Assembly (NCBI GenBank): GCA_964016885.1
Contig: OZ024740.1
Span: forward strand, 191,642,001 to 191,706,000
Length of the DNA: 64,000 nucleotides
Source of the DNA: Eledone cirrhosa
Lineage: Eukaryota
Direction: 5' to 3'
Part shown: positions 1 to 13,108 of the stretch, one piece after another
Numbering within the stretch: the stretch's first letter is position 1
Layout of the letters: every line of letters begins with the position of its first letter
Position numbers and translations under genes: made by a program
Notes under the pieces: generated by a model
What the model was told of the DNA's origin: nothing
Database searches by the model: none
The model's input: the letters and a program-made list of their open reading frames with translations, nothing else

Positions 1-87
1 TAGATCCACAGGTACATCTCCCAGAGAGTCCACGCAGCTGATAGTGAATCCTAGTTGATCCATGAACTTTTAAACAAGACCAGTTTT

Positions 88-430
88 GCCTGGAGCTATG
101 CAGATGACCACATACGCATAATGGATATCGTGTCTGGAGCTATGCAGATGACTATATACGCATAATGGAATCGCGCCCACACGGTCACCAGTACTGTTCA
201 TCCTGTTGTATGTATGTAAATATCCGTGCGCGGGATATCCCTGATTACATTTTCTTGACCATCAATTGTTAATCGATTGTTTGTTAATTAGGCAGGAATA
301 TACCATTGTGTCTGTGCTAATCCTATGTGTTGCTGTGTGTGTGTAAAGTATCCGAGCGCGGGATATCCCTGAGCTAATTTTGCCTGACTGTTAATAGTGT
401 TTTGATTACTTGTTAATTAGGCAGGAAAAT
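88..430. repeat. Two short direct-repeat pairs (about 44-bp and about 128-bp periods)
   Basis: ctggagctatgcagatgac..atacgcataatgga occurs at about 90 and 134. tatccg(t/a)gcgcgggatatccctga...ttgttaattaggcaggaa occurs at about 221 and 349. Confidence 0.8.
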
Positions 431-1391
431 ATATTATTATATCTTTGTTAATCCTGTATCAATAATTTTATAATAATTTGTTGTGATAATACATTGTTAG
501 ATTACTGAAGCTACCTTATACCTTCTTAAAAAATACATTTTATAATTATTGTCTTTTTGCTTATGTATTTTCTTATTTACCACTTTCTTTAATCTTGCCC
601 AACTTGGTAAACTCCTTGAATTGCTCCCTAATTAAATTACTTAAATTACTTAAATTATTGCATCTATTATGCCTAAGTTGTATCTGTTGAAGTAGCCCTT
701 TGAAAATTCCTCGGATATCCCAAATACCGTAATTTTTAACTTTTAATGTATAATTTTCCTCAATTCGTTTTTATATATAACCTCAAAGGCTCTCTAAAAT
801 TTTAATTCTTCGAAGGGTCTCTCGGAAGACGTTCCTATTAAAAATATTAAAGGGGTCTTTTCTGAGAGAATTATAGAAGGCTCTTTGAATTAACCTTTAA
901 TTGATTAGTTTCTTTCAACTTAGTAGGGTATATCAAAACTTCGTAAGTTTTCTGAAATTTGTAAAACGTGATCTCGGGGGAAGAAGGTTTTTTCCTTCGG
1001 AAAAAAAATTTTTTCTCAAGAAGGAATTTCATAGGAAACTTTATATATTTTTTAGGGAAACTTTATATTTTTATTTTTTATTGTATTAGCCTCTTACTTT
1101 CTTCTAGTCTAGTAGGCTTATTGGAGCCTGTAAGCTTTATGCACTTATTGAGTGATTTTCTAAGGTGCTTCTACGGGACCCAAGTTCTTTTAGTTTACTG
1201 TTAATGCGTAAATTATATATTATCTAATTTTTAAACTTCAATCGCTGACCCCGACAACTAATATAAAAGAGCCCCCTTAGAATATAGACACCAACTATAC
1301 AAGCGGAGTTGCTGATGTATACCACACTTTCAAACTGCTAGCCTTGAGTGATACATTGATGTAAATAATGATCTTACAATCACATGTTATA

Positions 1392-1438
1392 TGCCTTGAA
1401 AAGCCCCACCATGTGGTCGGACGAAACGGCTGTCGGCA
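1392..1438 (+). ncRNA. Type I hammerhead ribozyme-like motif, U3-A8 core variant
   Basis: Reads TGCC-TTGAAAA-(imperfect stem II gccccacc/atgt/ggtcggac)-GAAA-CGGCTG-TC-GGCA. Stem I is TGCC/GGCA and the cleavage triplet is GUC. Confidence 0.65.
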
Positions 1439-1590
1439 ATAAACTTGTTATAATGTCATAATAGTTCCTTTGTTCTTTTTCACTACTATTCTGCTCTGCG
1501 TATACGCATAGAGCTTAACTAGCTACCGTCACATATTTGGTATGTCAGACGTGATCATCGCGATTCACATACGACCTACCATACATCTTA

Positions 1591-1668
<78 letters not shown>

Positions 1669-1751
1669 TGTGTGTGTATGTGTGTGTGTGTGTGTGTGTA
1701 TAGGTGGGTGTGTATGTGTGTGTATATATATATGTATATGTATATATATAT

Positions 1752-2569
1752 ACAATATACAGAAACACACATATATATGCGGACACATACATATACATGA
1801 ATATATCCACATATTTCCTTGAATTAGTGGTGCCAACCTCAACCGATGTTGCTCTATGAATAACTAGGACAAAATAATCCGAATGGATTAGAGTGATTCA
1901 ATATCAGAGGTATATAATACATTATAAGAGAGAAGAAACATTAAATATAATTAATAAGATATACCATACCCACATTCCTTCTTTATTCTTCCACTACGTA
2001 GTTTCGTGGCATATTATGCAAAAACACTACATCACAGAAATATCGAATATGTCTGAGGTTTGCCGACTTATCAAGAGGATACCGCATTTAGAGTTTCAAA
2101 ACACAGCTGTAGGACGCGAGATAGGCTCCCAAAAGGCGGAGGGGGAACTTATCACGTGATACAGTGGTCAAGGAACAGAGCTAAGCCTTTCGGGATTCAA
2201 TCTCGCGTCCTACGGACGTGTTTTGAGACTCTAAATGAGGTATCCTCTTGATAAGTCGGCAAACCTCACAAAAATAATGAATCTCTATGATGAAATGTTT
2301 TTTGAATAAGAGCCACGAACTTACGTAGTCGAGGATAGTGAAAGAATTTAGGTATATTATATCTTTTTATTTATATCTAATGTTTCTTCTTTCTTTATAA
2401 GGTATTATGTAGCTCTGATATTGATTCAATCCAATACATACAGATAATGTCGTCCCTATTATTCATAGAGCATCAACGGTTATGGTTGGCACCACACAAA
2501 TTCAGGGTTATATGTGGGTATATGCGGGTATATGTATGTATTCGCATGTGTCAGTGTATTTCTTTGTAT

Positions 2570-2575
<6 letters not shown>
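1752..2575. mobile_element. Fold-back pair of diverged PLE pseudo-LTR-like arms, each with an HHR-like motif
   Basis: About 1752-2123 is the diverged reverse complement of about 2200-2575, with a spacer of about 75 bp. Flanked by (TA)n/(TG)n. HHR-like motifs at 1988-2078 (-) and 2244-2334 (+). Confidence 0.75.
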
Positions 2576-2925
<350 letters not shown>

Positions 2926-2927
<2 letters not shown>

Positions 2928-3081
2928 CGTTTCAGAATTTGTTTAGCATGATTCTTTATCTGAAATCGTGTGTTGAAACCGATATTGTTATACTTTGGGA
3001 GGGTCATGTTGCCAATAAGAAACACACGTACCAATGGTTGTGTGTTTCTTATTAGCTACATGACCCTCCCAAAGTATAGCA

Positions 3082-3086
<5 letters not shown>
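2926..3086. mobile_element. PLE pseudo-LTR end fragment folded into a hairpin
   Basis: 2926-3032 is the reverse complement of about 34610-34720. Positions 2982-3027 and 3040-3086 are inverted repeats. Confidence 0.7.
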
Positions 3087-3121
<35 letters not shown>

Positions 3122-3223
3122 GTATATATACGGAATAGACCAGCTCTATCAAGTGGTGAAACTCAAACCTCAATATATATATATATCATCATCATCATCA
3201 TTTTATCTCCGATGATGATGATA

Positions 3224-3273
<50 letters not shown>

Positions 3274-3336
3274 TCATCATCATCATCATCATCATTTTAT
3301 CTCCGATGATGATAATATATATATATATACATATTA

Positions 3337-3721
3337 GTTTTGCGAGGTTGTTTATATGAAATCGTGTGTCGAAGCAAATATTGTTATACTTGGGGAGGGT
3401 CATATTTGTGTAATATTGCCAGAATTAATAACAGAATAAAAATGGCGTAGACATACAACACAACAGGAGGAAAATATAACACCACTGACGATGTTGCAGA
3501 TGTGCAACGAAAGATTTATGATAAACTATATATATGTGTTTGTGTCTATATTGTATCTGTATTATTTTTGACCGTCGGTCAGTGAATGGCAACATTGAGG
3601 ACCGAGTAAGTTAGATTACCGATATAAAAGACAGCGAGAAGCGAAAACCAACCAAACAGTGAGTGTGTTCTGTTATTAATTCTGGCAATATTACACAAAT
3701 ATGACCCTCCCAAAGTATAAC
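3337..3721 (+). mobile_element. Short non-coding PLE-derived element with inverted ends and an HHR
   Basis: About 55-bp inverted repeats at 3382-3437 and 3667-3721. Motif CTGACGA-t-GTTGCA-gatg-TGCAAC-GAAA at 3485-3512. Confidence 0.7.
3481..3522 (+). ncRNA. Minimal hammerhead ribozyme-like motif
   Basis: CTGACGA core, perfect 6-bp stem II, then GAAA. Stems I and III are weak. Confidence 0.6.
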
Positions 3722-4130
3722 TATATATACATATATATATACATATATGTATAAAAATATAAACGAAATAAATGAAACAAAATTTCATTTCCCACTCTTA
3801 GTACGGCCGTTACTTAAACATAAGTATGTACACGTACATACATACATGTATACAGACGTACATTAGTATGCATATATATATATATACATAAATGCATACA
3901 TATATATATGTACGTATGGTTTCACCGAACATTTATTATAATGCTCGGTGTGTTTGTAAACAAACATCCCGTATTAAGCTGTAGTGTCTAGCAACCATCG
4001 TTGCTCATTTGTTCAACACTGACAAAGCAACGCTGTACTAGTTTCAGGCGTATTAGCTATCGTCAGCAACGGATACCTTCAAAGGTTACCTACACTTCAA
4101 GGTTACCTACACTACTAGATGGACTTATAA

Positions 4131-5180
<1,050 letters not shown>

Positions 5181-5309
5181 AAATGATTATATATATATAT
5201 CCCCCCCCCCGGGGGGGGGGGGGGTTAGACCACACTTAACATGTGTTCTTAATAGATTGGTAAGGTTTAGGCATCTGTATTATATATAAAGAATTTCTGC
5301 ATAATATAT

Positions 5310-5540
5310 ATCATCATCACCATCATCATCAACATTGTTTACTATCCATTTTTCCAAGCTAGCATGGGTTTAGATGTGTTGTCCCATTGTGTGACAAGCA
5401 AGTGACTGTGTCAAGCTCATACAGCATTTTTTTTAATCGGTCTCTACAGCTGGATGACCTTCATAATGCCAACCACATTCACAGTGTGGACTGAGTGCTT
5501 TTTATTGTGACACTTACATGACCACGTTACAGTGTTGACT
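5310..5540 (-). mobile_element. Degenerate SINE family A 3' portion
   Basis: (CAT)n tail, then gctagcatgggtt and ctacagctggatg..cc..aatgccaacc, as in 18438-18805. Confidence 0.6.
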
Positions 5541-5789
5541 AGGAGTTGAAGTTGGGGATGTGCATGGTGATTTAAGAGGTAGATCTATTGGGAGCATATG
5601 GATGAGCTGTGGGGTATTAGGATGTGGGTGGAGTGTAAGGGTGCAGGGGATATATATATACAGGGTGGGGGAGGTAAGACAAAGTATTCCATAATGGACT
5701 TTTACTTCAACCTGTGCACATGGAAAGGTGAGATTTCCGTATTACTGCATAAAGATCTGGATCCTGTGTAATCACTTTTGAAAGAGTAA

Positions 5790-6580
5790 TCGTGCAAGAT
5801 CTGCTTTTATCACATCATCCTAATTCATTCTAGGTCTTCCAACTCCATAGTTTCCATGAACTGTGAGCACTCTGCACATTTTCTATACAGTTGTCATCCT
5901 TCATATGCATCACATTCCAATACCAACAGAATCGCCTCTCCTGCCCATTGTATCTGATCCTCTTTATGCCAAAGTTCTGTCTCCGTTCATTTATCCTTTG
6001 CCATTCATATATCATTACACATCAAAGCATGCCAGTTTCATTTATTTCCCATATTTGTAGGCCCTTTACACACATTGCCTTGGCCTCACTATGGTGTAAT
6101 AATTGTTTCTACTTTAGGCACACGGCCAGCAATTACCCAGTGCATTGCTGGTACTTTATTTATCGACCCGTAAGGATGAAAGGCAAAGTCAACCTCGGCG
6201 GGATTTGAACTCAGACCGTAAAGGAACGTAACTATGCTGAAAAGCATGGCGTCCGACCCTCTACCGATACTGCCAATCCACAATGCTTTTCATATACATG
6301 CATCATACAATCTTCCCTTAGCTTTGGGGCAAATCCTTTTTTATTGAGCAGCATAGTAACTCCCTGAATTTGTACCATCCTATTCTCACTCTGGCTACTG
6401 TACTTTCAACACAACCACCTGCACCGATAATTTGGTCGACCAGGTAACAGAAGCTGTCAACTGCTTCTACAGAACCTTTCAAGTATTTGATAGAACTTTT
6501 TCCTCTAAATGATTGTTACTTACTGATCCTGTGTAATAGCCACAAGTAAAACATACATATTACGCTTAACTACCTGAGAT
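5790..6580 (-). mobile_element. RTE LINE fragment interrupted by a SINE
   Basis: Minus-strand translation contains ERRFCWYWNVMHMKDD, homologous to ERRLRWYGHVMRMEDD at about 26880. Split by the SINE at 6097-6283. Confidence 0.75.
6097..6283 (-). mobile_element. tRNA-type SINE family B
   Basis: A-box-like tggcagtatcggtag and B-box gagttcaaatccc. Body gactttgcctttcatcc..gtcgataaataaagtaccag with an (ATT) tail. Partial copies at about 11020-11075, 16090-16195 and 25548-25646. Confidence 0.8.
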
Positions 6581-6599
6581 CTTATTAAATAATTTGCTG

Positions 6600-7825
6600 A
6601 TGTAGATAAAAGTCTTTGACAGAGTAAATAGATCTACTGTCTGGTGTGTTTTAAGGAAATATTTGTAGAAGAATGGCTTGCGAGAGAAGTACATTAAAGT
6701 GAGAATAGGTAGCAGGTTTAGTGAGCAATTAAAACTACAAGTAGGAGTACATCAAGGATAATATTTTAGCCCGTTTCTGTTCCTCATAGATTTCCTGACC
6801 ATAACATCAAGTTTAAAACTGGCTGTCCATGGGAACTTATGTATGAAGATTATTTGGTCCTTATAGCTGAATCTAAAAAAAAAAATTAGAGACAAGTTCT
6901 GACTATAGAAACATAATTAGGAATCAAATGGTCTGAGAATAAGTTTAGCCACAACTAAATTGCTAGGAAGTATGAAATAAGAGAGACCCTGATTTCTTCA
7001 GAGAAATGGCCCTGCTCAATATGTAGAAAAAGAGTAGGCATAAGCTCCATATGTTGTACTCAATGTAAATCTTGGGTACGCAAGAGATGTAGTGGGATAA
7101 CGCGTAGACTAACAAGAAAGCAGGGCTTTGTTTGTAAAATGATGCACAGATGTAATTGAGGGGAAGAGTGTTAATGATATACACTTTTAACAATCACCTG
7201 AAGGAATCATGATAACTTCTGCTATATAGATCAAATAACTAGCAGCAAAAGAGGGTGTTCTAAGAGCATAATAGCTACAATAGGGATAGGATGGAAGAAG
7301 TTTAGAGAGCTACTTTCACTGTTGATAACAAAACGTTTCTCATCATATAAAAAAGACGACTGCATGATGCTTGTATGCCAACTGTGATGCTGCATGGTAG
7401 TGACACATTGACAATGATAACAAATGACATGTGTAGGTTAGAGTAAAATGAAGCAATCATGCTAGTACGTATGTGCAATGTTAATGTGAGAGAAAGGCTG
7501 TGCTTGAAATATCTGAGAGAGAAATTTGATTTAAGAGGATTCTGATGTAGTGCACAGGAGAAAAGACTGTGTTATATCGACATGTGATGTTATATGGACA
7601 TGGGATGATAACTGCTCCGTGAAGAAGTACCAGGAAATCTCAGAGGGAGGAGGCTGTGATAGAGGTAGATCAAGAAAAACTTAGGCCGCAATTATGAGAG
7701 CTGATCTCAAGTTGCTGAGACTCACAAAGACGCCGAGTGAACGTTGCTCGTGGAGAGGTGCTGTGCTGAAAAGGGCCTGTCCAACTGAAGCAAGTGTGGA
7801 AAAAAGAAATAAAAATGATGTGGAG
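6600..7825 (+). mobile_element. Degenerate RTE LINE 3' half
   Basis: Collinear with 25985-27140 (GVHQG, GCPWELMY-DD, Cys-rich insert, WKKFREL, 3' end caagtgtggaaaa..aatgatg). Many stops. Confidence 0.8.
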
Positions 7826-8689
7826 GATATTGTAATGAGTGGGTCCAAATTTACTATTTTTATTTTACAAAATTACTAAAACGAACCATAGTTCAAAGAG
7901 CATGACTAGAAAACTGTTTAATATAGAAAGACCCTTAAATTCTTTTAATATTTGAATTGTTTTTCACTGAGCATTCAAATTTGTGGTTAAAGGTCATGCA
8001 AATATATATGAAAGTATCATAAATTTCACATTCTCACAAAAAGCAAAGAAATATATGTAATGTGATTCACCATGCAATATTTTGAAAATGTATGGAAAAA
8101 TTAAATTGATTTACATTTGACCTGTTTTCTAAGTTTTCAGTTTACAGGAAGGTTACTTTTTGAAATTAACAGGAACTAATATTCAAATTCGAAATTTTTC
8201 TTTTGTTAATGATTGAAGGAGAACACGAAAGTGGAGGCTACACTATTTAATTTAAAAGCCCGGAAAATTTAATTAATTTAAATTAATTCTTTTGTTACAT
8301 AAATAATAATTTTTGACTTATCATTTCTGGTAAATGTGTTCGTTTTTTTCTTTTAGAATGCAGAGAAATGATACAGCATACATTTTAATTAATTGAAATC
8401 CATTGCATATAAATGCAATAAGGGAGTAAAGGTGAGTGTGATCATCAGCATTATGTAATAGCAGTGGATATACATCCTAAGAAAACAAATTCTTATGTAC
8501 CATGAAATATTCAAATAGCCTGTGTAAACATATCTCTAAGGAGTGTACTTTCAATTAACTGAATTTGTTATTGGTTTGGACTAGGCATAACTGTGTGGTT
8601 AAGAAGTTTGTCTTTCACCCACAAGGTTTTGTGCTTTATTCCATTCCCAAGTTTGATCTCCAGCAAGTTACATTATCATATTATGCCTG

Positions 8690-10110
8690 CTGTTTCATGC
8701 CAGTGTGGGTTGGATGGATTCTTCTCGGACTGCAAATCTCCACTTGTCATGTGTCTTTGCTATTTCCTCTCTGAGCTTCACCGATTTTAGTTCAACTCTA
8801 CCCACTTCCATCAATGTATTCCTTTGTCTTCATATAGTGCAGCTTCCCTCCACTGGAATTAAGTGGCACATTTTCACCCAGCGATCATCTTCCATATGCA
8901 TCACATGTCCATACCAACACAGTCTCCTCTCCTGCACACTATATCTGATTCCTCATACACACAATTTCTCTCTTAGTTATTCCATGCTTTGTTTTTTTCA
9001 AACACTAACATTGCACATTGATCAAAGCTTTCACATGTCCTCTGAGTTCACTACCCATGTCTCAAATCAATGCAGCATCCCACTTCACACAAGGGCAGCT
9101 GAAATGTTGAACCTAGGGAGAAATGTGTTATTGCCAACAGTTGTAGCAGTTCCCTAAACTTATCAATCCTGTCTTTATTCTTTCTTCTATGCAGTGGGAG
9201 CACCCTCCTCCACTACTAATCATATCAACTAAGAAGCGGAAGCTATCAACAACTATTATGTATCCTTTCTATGATTGGAAAAGGTGTACTATTTATTTCA
9301 TTTTATTATTATTGGCGCTCTTTCTATCATTTGACTCTAAAAGTTCTACTACATACAAAGTCTTCCTTTTCTGTTAGGCTACCTACTATCCAGCTACGCT
9401 ACTTGTGTGTCTAAGCTTTGCATTGTTTGTATCGTATAAAGTTTATGTCCATTTGCTTTCTCCATATTTAACAGGACCAATTCCCTGATGAGATCGGTGC
9501 CCCATCTATTTTCCGACTTTTTAACATTTCAGGTTTTGCTAAGTTTACTTTTAACTCTTTTCATCATAAATTTTGTTCCATCACCTGGAATTTATTCTAG
9601 AGCAACATGTCTTAAACTCCTCTGGTATGGCATGGATGCCTATGATAAACAGACCTGAACCTTGATGAACTACCTCTACTTTGAATTCCTGACTAAATTT
9701 GCTTCCTATTCTCACTTTACGTACAGCTCCACTGAATATGGCTTGCGGTGCTCTTATGAGCCACTCTTCTACACCTAATTTACTTAATGACCGCCAGATG
9801 ATAGATTCACTTACTCTGTCACAGACTTTCTGTAGATCAATAAAAGCAAGATGTAAAGGTTTATTCTTAGCTAGGAACTTCTCTTGTAGCTGTTTCATTG
9901 AGAAGAATGTATCTGAAAAACTTTTCCCTGTCACAACATGGAAGTGCATCTCATATAATTTTATTCTGACTATAATTAGTTGTGCTAGAACTTTTTCTAT
10001 CATTTTCATAACTTGGGCCATTATGCTCCCATTCTATAATATCCAAATGACTATGCCAGACACTAGTCCAACTCCTACTTTCAATAATGCTTTCAAGATC
10101 TCAATGAGTG
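8690..10110 (-). mobile_element. Degenerate RTE LINE fragments
   Basis: ORF 9581-10021 has QLQEKFLAKNKPLHLAFIDLQK...VHQGS (RT domains 2-4). 8690-9270 matches the RTE thumb and 3' end. Confidence 0.8.
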
Positions 10111-11139
10111 TATCAGATTGTACTATAATTTTACCATTTACCATCTCTTTGATTGCTTCTTTGACTCTATAATTCAGTCAAATTCAATAGTTCTGTTATG
10201 TTGGTTTGGGGTGGCCCATTTTCCTCCAATTCATTTTCCACATTCACTAACCTTTCATAATAGTATTTCAAATCTGCTAGGTGCAATACCATGGTCATTC
10301 GTGACTGAGTGTGGCCGTAGCCATACTAACCGAGTACACTTGTGGAGACATCCTTGTGCTATCTAACATATCCCTTGAAGTCTTGTGCTACACGATGAGG
10401 TCTCTATCATCAGAAAGTGATGCTGTCTGTAAAGGTTGCTCATAAAGGTATATTTTACTAAATCATCTGGTTGATTGATACACAGTCAGTGAAATTTTGT
10501 CAATGAAAACACTGTGTGCGCATACATGATGTCTTTGCTTTATTTTTAATGTTGTAGATGAATAGAATCATTAAAGGGCACCTTGTTCTGGCACATCATA
10601 TTCTAAGTTTAGAAACTGCTGATGTTAACTTTGCATTTCATACTTAAAGGTTGTTAATTAAATGAGGCATCAGTCAAGTATTGTATTCTAATTATTGTAG
10701 AAGACTAAGAAGAAGAATACACCCTCTCCCCAACATAATGTGACCATTTACCTATATGACAAATCAACATTTCCTGCTTCTAATGCAGCATCTACATTTT
10801 GTATTTATGTACACTCATGTGTTCTTGGTGTGCCCCTAAGCACCATGTCTATTTGTCTGATATTCAAAACCTATCAGATTTAGCTGGATCCTGAATGTTC
10901 CATTTCCATATTACAGGGAAACAGTGATAAGAAGTGGAATTCATAGAGTTGGAATTGATATCTCAAGACATCGTAACACCACTTGAACAATTCTACCAGA
11001 CATCTACCCAGGACTTTTATTTTAAAACACCAAAAGGATGAAAGACAGGGTTTACATCAGTGGGATTTGAATACAAGGCATGCATCCTTGTGCGTTAAGG
11101 ACCAATTCTTCAACTTTTACATTTAGGTTGCTTAAACTC

Positions 11140-11640
11140 TAACTCTTTCATTACCTCATTTCTAATGAACGACACTGCCTATTTTGTAATATAATTTTTA
11201 AAGTATTCAAGAATATTCAGGGAATTAATAAAATAACAAATTATTTCCTTATTATATTGGTGGTGTTTTGGACTTACGATCATAATGTCAAGGGTTCGAT
11301 TCATGGACTGGGTTGTGTGATGTGTTCTTCATTTTAAGCTGCTTCAGTATGTTGAACTATAATTGAGTTAAGTCCTGTGATGTACTGGCATCCTATCCAG
11401 GGGGAGTCTTATACTCTCCATGATTTCATGCTGTGGAAACTGGGATAAGTAGTGTCACAAATACCCTTCAGCCTCAAGGTAGACTTTAATATTATTTAGA
11501 CATAGGTTAAAATATAACTAATCAAACCTTCTTAAATTAGATTATAATGGAATGTATTTAGGTAAATATAAACACTCTGAAATAAACAATTTGTCTCATA
11601 GCACCTGTGGTGTTTTCAGGCAGTTTCATGTTAAAGATAT
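11140..11640. mobile_element. Old MITE-like repeat with a nested degenerate SINE (about 11260-11490)
   Basis: SINE-like B-box ggttcgattc followed by gttgtgtgatgtgttctt. Flanks resemble decayed TTAACCCTTT..AAAGGGTTAA ends. Confidence 0.35.
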
Positions 11641-12518
11641 TGATCATTTTAAAACTAAATTACATTTTTATTCTCCATGAAAAATGAATGAACTAAACGA
11701 TCAATATACAAGGGCTAGCTCAACAGTTGATAGACTGACCAAAATATTCTCATTGAATCACAAACATTTTTTCAACATAGTACATGATAAGAAACAATGC
11801 AGTTATTAATAGGAAGAGTTGAAATTAATACATGTGAGATTTCAGAGCTCTAGCATCACTTTTTCATAGGCAGCCCATGAACTTTTCAGATGACATTTAT
11901 ACATTTATAATTGAGTTAGGCAGAGGAGAAAGAGCATATTTATGAGCGTTTTAAAGGCCTCCAAATGAGGTGAGTAAAAATCAGAATCTACCAATTTAAA
12001 ATTAAATAACACCTTAGATAATTTCATCCCAGGAAAAAGGATGAGCAGACTAGAGCTAAATAACAATTGATCAGGGATGACCAGAGGCAACCAACAACAA
12101 CTATAACATTTACAAGCATTGCCTCTCATTCTAAAATTACCAAAAAATATAAAGGTAGTTAGAAGTATCTTAATATCCTTCATGTAGTATATATATGAGA
12201 AAATAGAGCAAGCAAAATCTTCAGTGATAGATTAAAACGTTTGATGTGTCTAGATCTGTGATATGCATGACACAGACTTGCGAGAAAAAGATTTTCTCAG
12301 GAACCAATTTCAATTTTCATCCCACTAGGGTCAAAGATATAAGCATCAGATATATATTGCTGAAACTCTATTAGAGCCACTTCATTGTATAGCCTCACTT
12401 TCTGTCAATGGAAAGACATGCAAAAACACACAAATATATATATGCACACACACACAGGCACTTGCACCCTTACCCACCCACACACACACACACAAACACA
12501 CACAGGCACACACACATG

Positions 12519-12568
<50 letters not shown>

Positions 12569-12692
12569 AGTTCTATCATGCAAGCGTGGAAGATGGACGT
12601 TAAACGATGATGATGATGATGATGATGATGATGATATATATATATATATATAAATTCAGCGAGAATCGCATTTCGGCGGGTAGAAAAAGCGA

Positions 12693-12736
<44 letters not shown>

Positions 12737-13024
12737 AGCATGGAGAAGCTGAGATACAAAATTACTATGATGAAAATGATGATATACATATCTGTGTGTG
12801 CGTGTGTATGTATAAACAAATACAGAATATATATATATATATCATATTTCTGTGAATACACATAAGTAAACATGAATGTTATGATTTTAATATCTTCATC
12901 GGGGCTGGTTGATCTGTAGGATCTATCCAAGTAACTGAGCTAAAGAAGAGATATTCATGAATGATTTTGCTTATTACTCTGCACATAATAATCAAATAGC
13001 ATATATATATATATCATATATATT

Positions 13025-13108
<84 letters not shown>

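Noticed and set aside
88-430. CRISPR-like repeat-spacer array
   Set aside because: Only pairs of repeats, in a eukaryotic context with no cas genes.
420-1200. Possible decayed PLE N-terminal coding region on the minus strand
   Set aside because: Lysine-rich but full of stops, with no diagnostic motif I could confirm.
5201-5224. C10 followed by G14 homopolymer palindrome
   Set aside because: No context suggesting function; could be a sequencing or assembly artefact.
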